NCBI GenBank assembly: GCA_964016885.1
Contig: OZ024740.1
Location: forward strand, 249,736,001 to 249,800,000
Source of the DNA: Eledone cirrhosa
Taxonomy: Eukaryota
Length of the DNA stretch: 64,000 nucleotides
Direction: 5' to 3'
A program made the translations under genes and the position numbers. The notes under the pieces are model-generated. The model searched no databases, had not been told where the DNA came from, and was given only the letters and a program-made list of their open reading frames with translations. Of this stretch, positions 53,602 through 64,000 are shown piece by piece (position 1 is the first letter of the stretch; each line of letters begins with the position of its first letter).

Positions 53602-54410
53602 CATATATGTATATATGAATGTATAGTATATTTGATAATATACTGTATGTTTATTTAAAAACATTTTGAAGACCATCCGCTATGAGTTTTAAAGTAGTAA
53701 CTATGTCACTTACTTTGTCTCGGCAAAAATGATATGTGTGTGTGTAAATAAATGACTTCTGCAGGACTAGAATTGTCTCATTCATGTGAAATCACCAGGA
53801 AAGTCAGATAAAACTCTATCTGACTTTCATTTGAATGAAATTCTAGTCTTGTAGAAGTCATTTACATATAAAATGAAGATGCCTAGACTATAATAATGTA
53901 TTAAGTACCTTTTTCAACTGTAGCCTCCTCCCAATACCCATCAGGAATCCACCAGTAATTATATATATAAATATAACATAATATCATTTATATATATATA
54001 ATATATAATTGTTTCTACTATATATACATATATATATATAAAAACAAATAGTAGAAAGGAAAAAGATTTTTTCAGTAGAAAATGTTGAAGAGATTCTTTC
54101 AGTGTAATATCAAAACATTTATTTATTTATAAAGAGGATATTTATGCATTTAATAATGGTATTGTTTCTAAAAATATCTATTTGGTATTTTATCTTAGAA
54201 GAAATCATCAACATTGACTTTGTGATTTTGCCACAAAAAAGATTCAGAGTTACTGAAATACTAATTCCATCTTTAACAGAAACCTCCAGATTCAGGGGAA
54301 TGGAGAAAATTTTATCACAAAAAGGATTCAGAGTTATTGAAATACCAATTCTATCTTCAGCAGAGACTTCAGGGGAATGGAATCGATGAAACCTGTTTTC
54401 TCCATTTCCC

Positions 54411-57400
54411 TTAAACTCCTGTTATAGCCTGAAGGGCAATAATAAATAGGAGGCCTTGATGAACCTTTACCCTAAATTCTTCACTATATTCATTGTTAAT
54501 TCTAACCTTTCTGACTGTATCTTTATACATGGATTGTATAGCTCTCACAAGCCATTCATCTACTCCTAGTTTTCTAAGAGCCCACCAGATAATGGAGCGT
54601 GGGACTCTATCAAAGGCTTTCTCCAAGTCAACAAAAGCTAAGTAGAGAGGTTTACTTTTAGCTTGGTACTTCTCCTATAGTTGTTGTACAAGGAAAAGAT
54701 TATCTGTGGTACTTTTACCTGGCACAAACCCAAACTGCATTTCATCTAGATCAATTTGATCTGTGATTAGTTGCGCTATAACTCTTTCTGTGACCTTCAT
54801 GACTTGGTCAACTAACTTAATGCCCCTATAGTTTCCTCTATCCACGGCGTCTCCTTTGCCCTTGTAGCAGTTAACGATAATGCTCCAACACCAGTCCTTT
54901 GGTATGACCCCATTCTGTATTACCCGGTTTACTATCCGGGTGACCATAGTATGTCTCATCATTCCAGATGCTTTCAACATCTCAGCAACTATCTCCGAAG
55001 GCCCAGCCCCCTTGCCTGTCTTCATATCTTTGATTGTCTTATTTATTATACTACCTTTAACTTGCACCGCTGGTCCCTCTACGGGATCGATTTGGGGCAG
55101 ACAATCTTTTTCCCATTTATTCTCATTTAGTAGTCTCTCGTAGTGACACTTACAAGCTACCTTCTTATCAGTATCAGTGAGGGCAAGTACACCATCAGCA
55201 TTACGGACACACTTCTCCCCGAGAATATCACAGTTTTCCTTGACACATTGTCTTGCAATCATGAACACCTCACATTTTTGGTCCCCACGTTGTAAAACAT
55301 GCTTGAACTTTCTATCTTCTGCTTCCCTTCTTGCAAAGTACACTTGTTTCCTAGACACTTGATAGTGTTCTCTACTTCCCTCATCTCTCCATACTTTCCA
55401 ATTTGTCACTGGCTGTGGGGTCCTTTAACTTCCATATTTTTCTCTTCAAGGTAGTCCTCCTCTGTTGTCGAGTACGTCTAGTCCTGACTATGAGGTAACT
55501 AACTATAAGGCTATGTTGGGAGGTGCAATCTTCATAGGGGAGGAATTTAGTGTTTACAACAGACACTCTGTCACGTCTTCTAGTAAGGATATAATCTGGC
55601 TGGCGTGTTCCCCTGATCTATAGGTGATCAAGTGATTGTCTTAATTTTTGAAGTTTGTGTTACAGATATATTTCTTTATTAGCCACAGGGGCACAAAAGA
55701 AGGGGACAAATACAAAGGGGGAAGTTTACATACAATAAAAACGTGTAAAATGTTATCACAGATGGAATTTAAAAGTTAGTCGATTTTCCCCAATAGAGGG
55801 AGACAGTTTATATGGGTAACACATACCCCCGAAAAAAAATGTGCAACCCTCATCTCCAGGAGTACGAAGAGCTTGTACTCCTTTCCTCTCCTCCTCCTTT
55901 TCCTCAACCTACAGGCTGATATAGAGAGAAGGCCCATTCACTCGGGCCATTCTCGCCACTTTCACCCACCTTTCATAAAACTTGCTGGGGTACAGCACCT
56001 CTCTCTCCATCCTGATTCTTCTTCCAAAGTGGTATTTGAAAAAAAGAATCAGTTGTTGGCCGGAGAGAAAGGTGTCTGACCTCAGCCCTTTCAACCTTGT
56101 CCACCATACAACCTCTTTCGCCATAGCTATCACACAAAGGAAAACCGCCTCTCCTTCATTTTTGAAGGAGGGTGGCGGTTTGATCATGACAATGGACTCG
56201 GTGGTCAACTGGATTGGTCCCACCCGCGACAATAGTCGTTCTACATAGCCCCACAGGTCAGTGACGCCCGGGCAGTGTATGAATGCGTGCGCGACGGTTT
56301 CTTCGTCTCGCACGCACCTCGGACAGATCTTTTTTGCAGGGTCCCTGCCCGGGCGCCCATGTCTGTAGAGCTTGTCTCGAACTGGTAGAGCTCCTCGGTA
56401 GCACTGCCAGGCCAGGGACTTTTGGAAGTTGTCCATCGGTCCCGGGCGGAAGGTCCTACCGAACAGACTGGCCAGTTCATCTTCCTCTACGCCTAGAGTT
56501 TCACCGAGCGCGTCGTCGCACTTGCTGCGGACCAACCCTCTATAGAATGATGAAGTGGAGTCTCCACTGATCGCCGGGTCCGCCTGCCAGAGGGCTGTGA
56601 GCGCCTGAGCACATTCGATGTGCCAGTCGCCCATTTTCCTCGGTCTCTGCTTGACCCAGGACTGCAGCTCGGTCAGCGAGACGAGTCGTGGGAAGGCTCG
56701 CCTCACGAACGGGGCCCACACCGGTTGTCCGGTGAGGAATACGTAGAGATGCCGCAGCCTGAGCGCGTGTTTGCGCATCGTCAACCACGGCATCCCCAGC
56801 CCTCCGTTAGAAGGGTGTTGGCAGCAGATGGATCTTCTCACCAAAGGAGCCCGCCTCTTCCAAAGGAATCGGAAGAGCGCGCGCTCCATTTTGGCGAGCG
56901 TTTTGGCTGGACAAGGCACGACGGTCAAGCGGTAGTAGATGGCGGACGCTATAAAAGTGTTCGCCACCTCCGCTCGACCTTTCAAGGATAGACAGATAGT
57001 TAGGTTATTAGCGTCACAGAATTCTAGGATTCTGAAGCCTTCCTCATTTCTAGTGCCAAACCCATAACTCCCATGTATTCCGTCGTAGCCATCACAATGT
57101 TGTCCAACATGACCATTTAGGTCGCCGGCAATAATTCAGTAGTCACTGTCGGTTATTTGGGAGGTAGTGTGCATTAGCGACTCATAGAATCTGTCTTTTA
57201 TAACGTCAAGTAAGCCAGATTGGGGTGCATAAGCGGATATTATTGTCACAGTAGTTCTATTTAGAACTAGTCTTATTTTAATTATTCTGTCATTCATATT
57301 TATGGCAATTATCTTATCTACCCATTTTTCAGCTAACATAATTCCTACTCCACCCAGTCTGTTGTCATTTCCCACCCAGAAAAGTTTATAGCATCGTTTT

Positions 57401-57750
57401 TTACCCACAATGAATCTAGCAGACCTACCCCTTCACCTAGTCTCCTGAACACAACAAACATCAACTTCCTTACGTTCAAGCATCTCTACAACCTCATTTG
57501 AGTGGCCTTTCAATGTGCCTACGTTCATGGTACCAACTCTGAAGTTTTGGATGTGGTTGGGTGGGTGGAATGGATGGGTTGGAGGTGCAGTGAGGGGTGG
57601 GGGATGGAATTATGTTGGTCATCCATGTCTGAAATAAAGAGTTCTTGCATTCCTGTCTGGCAGCGTGAGGTAAATTTATCTTTATCTGTGACATTGTCAT
57701 TGAGTATTCAGACTTTTCAAATTCCGTAGTTCATTTAGCAAACCGAAAAG
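54411..57750 (-). mobile_element. RTE LINE 5' two-thirds, interrupted by an L1/Tx1 insertion
   Basis: LRVGTMNVGTL, VDVCCVQETR, ISAYAPQSG; RT to EKAFDRVPR. Confidence 0.9.
55669..56991 (-). mobile_element. L1/Tx1-like LINE 3' fragment nested in RTE, 7-bp TSD
   Basis: ORF 55909-56985 (FRFLW, NGGLGMP, CPRC..ETVAHAFIHC); TSD ACAGATA at 55662-55668 and 56992-56998; AATAAA at the 3' end. Confidence 0.9.
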
Positions 57751-59003
57751 CAACCAGGTCTAAACTTAGAGTAATAACTGAGGTGGTGGCTTTGCTATAG
57801 AGATTTGGTAAGAGAAGTTACTATAAACCGCTGAGTTATGATTGGACCAAATGGCAATGGTGGTGTGTGGGGATGGGGGTGTTGGGGAAATGGGTAACTT
57901 TAGGAGAAGATTAGTTTCTAGAAAGGGTCCAATAAATTGAGGCATATTATTGAAAAAACACATTTGAATAGAAATGAAAACAATAGAAAGGTTTGAGTAT
58001 AAATGAGAATTCGAGAGAAAAAGTGATTAGATTCTAACGAACATAAATAACAGATTAAATATTGCTGGCCAAATGGACTACGAAAAAGGGATATATATAT
58101 AAATATATATATATATATACAGTAGCAGACTAGCTCTAAAAATATTGGTTGCCAAGTGATAAAGGAGAGCCATCCACATGTAGAATGCTATCATTTAATT
58201 TTTATAACAAATAAATAACATTTTCAAAAAATACATAAATGGAAACAAAAAAGTGCAATCAATTTTTTGGCAGAAAAAAATGTAACTTTTTTTTACTAAT
58301 TATAGTGTATGTGGTGCTATTAAGTTAGACATGGCCGAAACCTATCAAAGTTATATATACTATACATATTACTGGCAGTAATACCAAATGCAAATACAGA
58401 ATGATATAATTGAATTTTTAAATAATTTTGAATGTATAGTATACTGTTATTTTTTAAGTATACTGTTATTTTGAAAATTTTTAACCAAACTGAAAATAAA
58501 GTCCCATAAATCTATAAATCAATTTCAATATTTTTAATGAAGACTTTTTACTGTCAAAGAGATAACTATGTTTTCTTAAGAAAATCACGACATTGCAGTC
58601 AATACCACATCTTCATACATATGCAGCATTTGTTTGTTTGTTCATTACAAAGGAGATTTCTTTCAAACAACTTGTACATATATTGTTTTTTTCTTAAACA
58701 TACATATGCCAAGAATTCTATCACCAATTTGATTTCTCCATTCCCTCTAAAAATAAAGGATAAATTTACATGGTTTTAATTTCTTCTACTTTTAATATTT
58801 TACTTCCTTCTTTTATTCGTTTTTCCCTACTCTTGTCAATACTATTTTTATAAGGCCCTTATAAAATTTTCAAAATAACAGTGTATTATACATGTACCAA
58901 TTTTTTTATCTTTAAATAATTGGTGCATATTCTAAAATAGTTTACTTGTAGTGCACACTTTACACATTAACAAATAGTTCAAAATTGTATTACATGCAGT
59001 CCA

Positions 59004-59570
59004 CTAAATTAAGATCAATCGATTGAGTTCACTAGATGATTGTGTAAATCTATCAGTAATTGCTTCTGCATCCAATTCATTTAACAAATCCTTCCCAATG
59101 AATAGCAACATATAGGATTCCAAGTTCTCCTCAGACAGTGAATTTCTTAACCTTGACTTTATGACCTTTAGTTCTGAAAATGACCTCTCACATTGGATTT
59201 GGGTAACTGACAGTGTGCAAATGACTTTATAAAGTTCATAAAGATTATCATATGCCTTGTCATGAAGTCTGTTGGATGCCAGAACATTTAGTACACATGA
59301 TCGGAAAGTGATGCAAATTTTACAGTTGTTGCAACTGGAACCCATATTCTCACCATCATTGAACAATAGCTTTAATGCATCAAAGAACACAATTCCAATT
59401 TTACTTGATCTTTGCTGATTTGTGGAAACAACTTAATAATGCCATCCAATACCCTTCTCTTCAATAGTTTTAAACTTTGCTGGGTCCAAGCTGGATAAAT
59501 CTTTATGCAACTGATTGTGTTATACAAAGTGTGATTATAGTGACTGGACAATGTGATCCACTATTAGGTT
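59004..59570 (-). pseudogene. hAT transposase C-terminal dimerisation domain remnant
   Basis: LYKVICTLSVTQIQCERSFSELKVIKSRLRNSL. Confidence 0.85.
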
Positions 59571-59617
59571 AAGACTGCTCCAACCTACCCAATGGGCACC
59601 CTGCAGTAAACACACAG

Positions 59618-60400
59618 GTGCTGACCACATCATGCAACTGCAGAAACCCCATCTCATGCTCCCTTAGTGAAAAACTTAGTTTACCAATGCAGGGTTACAA
59701 CCCTCAACTCTGTGCACATATATACATAGGAGCAATGCCTATGAGCTTCAAGGACAGGTGGTATAATCACTGCTACTCCTTTGATAGGATCGACAAACGG
59801 AAAAGTACAACCTTTCCCGAATTGATCTGGAAGCTCAAGCGGGACAAGACCCAGTTCTCTTTGGTCTGGTCCAAGGTTAGGGAGGTACCTTCAGAGGGAA
59901 GCAGGTCTGGCATTTGCAGCCTCTGTCTGAGTGAGGTCCTCTAGATACTCAGGGGTGGAATAAGTATAATCAATCGCAGGGAAGATTTCTTTTGGTGCTT
60001 GTCGATGCCTAAGGACAGGAACTTTCCTCAAGATATATGGATAGCAACCCTACCACACTGAGTACCGGGGACACCAACCCCGCCCACTGCACCTATCTCT
60101 TCTTTCTCCTCTTCCTGTCTCAATTAGCATCTATAAACTAAATCTGACCAATGGGAAGGAGGTGAATTCTACTGCTGCTTGTATTCGTTCATTCTAAATC
60201 ATATACGATCAGTACTTTGAGAAAACAACACCAAACTTCAGCACTGAAATAGAAAATCAAAAGTAAACTTTATTCCATCGTTATGTTTTTCTGTTTTTTT
60301 TCTGTTCACATTCTAGCTGTCTGATGAGGTCAGGGGTGTTGTATAATGGTTATCACTGAAATATATATATAAGCGAATATGAATAAACAAAGTTTAATTT
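59618..60400 (+). mobile_element. Naiad-type PLE 3' fragment with weak HHR (60326-60375)
   Basis: CNCRNPISC, YIGA..SFKDRWYNH, CSLCLSE; downstream gctgt CTGATGA ggt..act GAAA tatata TA. Confidence 0.75.
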
Positions 60401-60423
60401 TAACTTTCACACTTCTTGTTTAT

Positions 60424-60468
<45 letters not shown>

Positions 60469-60483
60469 TATATATGTATATAG

Positions 60484-60557
<74 letters not shown>

Positions 60558-60685
60558 CTATATACATATATATGTGTGTGTATATGTGTATGTGTGTTTT
60601 TATTGCTTCTTTATCAATGGGAATATGAACAGAAGACAGTCTTGGGTGTGTGCCTGTATATATAAACTTATACATATACACACAT

Positions 60686-60737
<52 letters not shown>

Positions 60738-60768
60738 GTATATTATATATTGTTATATATTATATAAT

Positions 60769-60804
<36 letters not shown>

Positions 60805-60895
60805 AATGAGGGTGTGGTAAGATACCAGGTGGACCATAATGCACCAGAGTATGCAATACTTAGGGTAGTAGAGTGGGTAATAGAAAAGAGTCAGG

Positions 60896-60990
60896 ACACC
60901 AACGGCTGAGCTCCAGCCGTTTCGACAGCTAGATCCTACTAAGTCACCAATATTAGAATGGTGGGAATCTACCTGAACTCATCAAGGGGT
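60896..60990 (-). ncRNA. Decayed hammerhead ribozyme with full stem III
   Basis: acccc TTGATGA g..c GAAA cggctg-gagct-cagccg TT ggtgt. Confidence 0.6.
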
Positions 60991-61143
60991 AGAGTTCATA
61001 TATGGGCATGTAGTCAAAGCAAAAAAAGCAAAAATATCTAAGCAAAAAAAATCATAAAGGTTTTTCTTGTTGTCTTTCTTATATATATATATATATATAT
61101 ACAAAGTGTTAAAACGATCAAATTTTAGTATAGAACATTTACT

Positions 61144-61190
61144 TGCTGACAGTTGTTTCTTCCAGAGGGAAGTCTGGAATCATCGGAGCA
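61144..61190 (-). ncRNA. Minimal hammerhead ribozyme (U4C), inverted at the 5' end of a Naiad PLE
   Basis: tgct CCGATGA ttccaga-cttccc-tctggaa GAAA caactg TC agca. Confidence 0.8.
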
Positions 61191-61199
61191 TAAGGAATG

Positions 61200-62508
61200 T
61201 TGACTTGTTAACTTCCTGGACGTCACTCTCTACTTAGACTCTAAAAAATACACACCATATCATAAACCTAATGAAAAACTTTTCTATGTTAATACCAACT
61301 CTAACCACCCTAAATCTGTACTGACCTCAATCATTAAAGGGGTATCTAATAGAATCTCTAGCCTTTCTTATGAGAATACATTTAATCGTAACTCCCAATA
61401 CTATAATGAAGCCTTAGCCCGTTCCGGCCATAGAGATAAAATTAAATTTAAACCTAAATCGTCAACCACCCATAGACAACCTAATATAATTTCACACAAC
61501 ATGGCCATGAATAAAAGTAAATATGATCATAGTATTGAAAACCCTGACTCCTATACAAAGGGCACCATAAAAAAAGTTAAATCCCACCACAGCAATAATC
61601 CTAAGAAACACCACAGAAAGAAAAATATAGATAAGAAGGAACCTAACACCACACAAAACAGTAGTATGAATAACAACCATAAGAAGAATAGAAGAAGTAG
61701 TACATTTTTTAACCCTCCGTTCAACTTAAATGTATCAACAAACATACCTAAAGCTTTCTTCTCTACTCTAGACAAAAACTTCCCAACTAACCATAAATAC
61801 CACAACCTATTTAACAAAAACACAATTAAAATATCCTACTCCACCACACCTAACATAGCAGACGATATAGCCAGCACCAACAAGAGAAAGATTAAAAAGT
61901 ACTTCAAATTACACCAAAGTAATAATGTCCAGCATAGAAATAACCTGAACAATAACACAGTACAAGACCATACAGCAAGTCACACTAATAATACTTACCA
62001 TAATCATAATACTAGAAGTAGAAACAAAAACAACCACTCAAAATACCCCCTTAATCAGTATACTAGTAAACAAAACAATTGTAATTGTAGGCCTAACAAG
62101 ACATGCCCATTAAATAAGAACTGCCTAATTAAAGACATTGTCTACTCCGGTACTGTAACCGCTAATCACATCTCGAAAGTATATATAGGCTCAACATCGA
62201 ATAGCTTTAAGACCAGATATAATTCACACCTTCATTCATTCAGAAACCCTAAACTTAGCAACATAACCTCACTATCCACATACATACACTCATTAAAATC
62301 AAGTAATATACCATATACCTTAAAATGGGAAGTGATAGCTAAGGCCCCTTCATATAGACCACCTAACAAATTTTGTAACCTTTGCACCCTTGAGTCTAAA
62401 AATATTATTCACTCTAACCTTAGCCTCCTAAATAGGAAATCAGAGATCTTCTACATGTGTTCACATTACCATAGATTCTCGTTCCACTACTTCAAATCTA
62501 GTAACTAA
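61200..62508 (+). CDS. Naiad-type PLE RT C-terminus + GIY-YIG, 5'-truncated
   Basis: VNFLDVTL, SNHP upstream of ORF 61501; FFNPPF, CNCRPNKTCPL, VY..YIGST..FKTRY..H, CNLCTLE. Confidence 0.9.
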
Positions 62509-62729
62509 TAATAATAATAATTATTATTTCTACTTTTGGCACAAGGCCAGCAATTACCCACTGCATTACTGGTACTTTATTCTATCGACTCCGGAAGGAT
62601 GAAAGGCAAAAATAATAATAAAAATAAAAATAAAGACCAATGTCGGAGATAACACTAGACCACCACCTTTTAATTTATCCAACTAGACTAAAGGTTCTCA
62701 ACGGGGGGGCATTTATTTATCTATTTATT

Positions 62730-63430
62730 TATACTTCTCTTAGGTCAGTGTTGTTTGTTTGGGTGTTGTTGTTATTCCATTCATTTTTTCTGTTTAGCCT
62801 TGGCCTTCTAAGTTCTATTTCACTGGCCTCTCTGATTTGCCTATCTGCTGGGTCATTTCTATGTTTAGATATTATTCTAATTTCTATGTTGTCTATGTTA
62901 CCGTTGTGTTGTTGTCTGGCATGTTCGTATAGTACTGAACTGTTTTTTCGTCCTTTTAGTTCCCCCCAGTGTTGGTCTATTCTTTCACCTATGCTACGAG
63001 CTGTTTCGCCTATGTATGTTGTTGTCATGTTTCTGCAAGTACTCTCTGTACATCTTATGCTATAGACTACGTTTCTAGTTTTACAGTTTATCCAGGGGTT
63101 TGATACATTTCCTATTAGTACAGTGGGTTTTCTTAAAAGGGTAGGTTTTGCTGATCAGGGATTTTATGGTGGTTCCTGGCTTTTCTACCACCTTAATCTT
63201 TAAGTGGGTCTTTCTCAGGCCTTTCTACACTGGTTAGGTAATTTCCCTCCAGGGGTAGCGTCCACAAACATGACACTCTGGTATCTCTGGTTGTCGTACC
63301 ATGAGGTGGCTTTCCCTATCTTATGTCTAGCCCTATCTAAGCTATTCCATGATTTGCTCCTGTATAATGGGCAAATTCCTTTCATGTCCAGTTCTATGAG
63401 GGTCTTATACTTCTCCGTGGCTCCTTCATA
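62730..63430 (-). pseudogene. Neptune-type PLE fragment
   Basis: ICPLYRSK, YQSVMFV, YIGETARSIGERIDQH, PRLNRK. Confidence 0.85.
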
Positions 63431-63607
63431 TACATACATATATTTATATATATATAAATCTACATACATACATATATACATACATACATTTACGTATGTA
63501 TATAGCTATGTATTTATACATTTGTATATATACATGCATTTATATTTAAGCGTGTAAGGTTATATATATATATATATGTGTGTATGTGTGTGTATAATAT
63601 ATATATT

Positions 63608-63649
<42 letters not shown>

Positions 63650-63900
63650 GCAGTGTGACAAGAAACTTGTTTCCCAACCACATATTTCCGGGTTCAGTCC
63701 CACTGCCCGAGCCGACCAAAGCCCTGTGAGTGGATTTGATAGATCGAAACTAAAAGAAGCCCGTCGTATATATGTATATATGTCTGTGTGTGTCTTTGCA
63801 TTTCTGTTTGCCCTCCCACCAATGCTTGTTGGTTTGTTGACGTCCCCATAACATACCAAGGTGATGTTCCAGCATGGGCGTAGTCCAGAGACAGAAAAAA
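63650..63900 (+). mobile_element. SINE fragment
   Basis: Box B-like GGTTCAGTCCC followed by gtgagtggattt..gaaactaaaagaagcccgtcg, recalled from octopus repeats. Confidence 0.6.
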
Positions 63901-64000
63901 AGTAAAATATATATATGTGTGTGTGTGTGTAGAAGAGGGGTCTCAAACTCAAGGACACAAAAGGGCTATTACGTCCTGGAGGAGAGGCACAGTGGACCAA

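Noticed and set aside
54233-54380. 84-bp tandem duplication suggestive of C2H2 zinc-finger periodicity
   Set aside because: No CxxC..H..H pattern in the frames I read.

Overview
AT-rich, microsatellite-dense eukaryotic (animal) DNA made almost entirely of transposable-element debris; no host gene is supported. The tRNA-derived SINEs resemble octopus repeats as I recall them, so a cephalopod source is likely (inference). Contents: several RTE LINE copies (one family with a PHD finger inside the RT), L1/Tx1-like and CRE-like LINE fragments, a decayed ~6.9 kb Rep-helicase Helitron plus a small one, a hAT remnant, a probable solo LTR, SINEs, and many Penelope-like elements (PLEs; Naiad-type and Neptune-type). 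The main signal is about 30 intact or decayed type I hammerhead ribozyme (HHR) motifs from at least 10 families. Nearly all have a family-specific palindromic stem III, several have a greatly enlarged or branched stem II with compensatory substitutions, and several carry a recurrent CCGANGA (U4C) core. They lie in PLE pseudo-LTRs or in ORF-less 435-557 nt tandem units (retrozyme-like), usually bounded by (TA)n. Wherever two copies are inverted they are head-to-head, up to a 3.7 kb near-perfect PLE palindrome. All structures were read by eye; no folding, alignment or database search was run.
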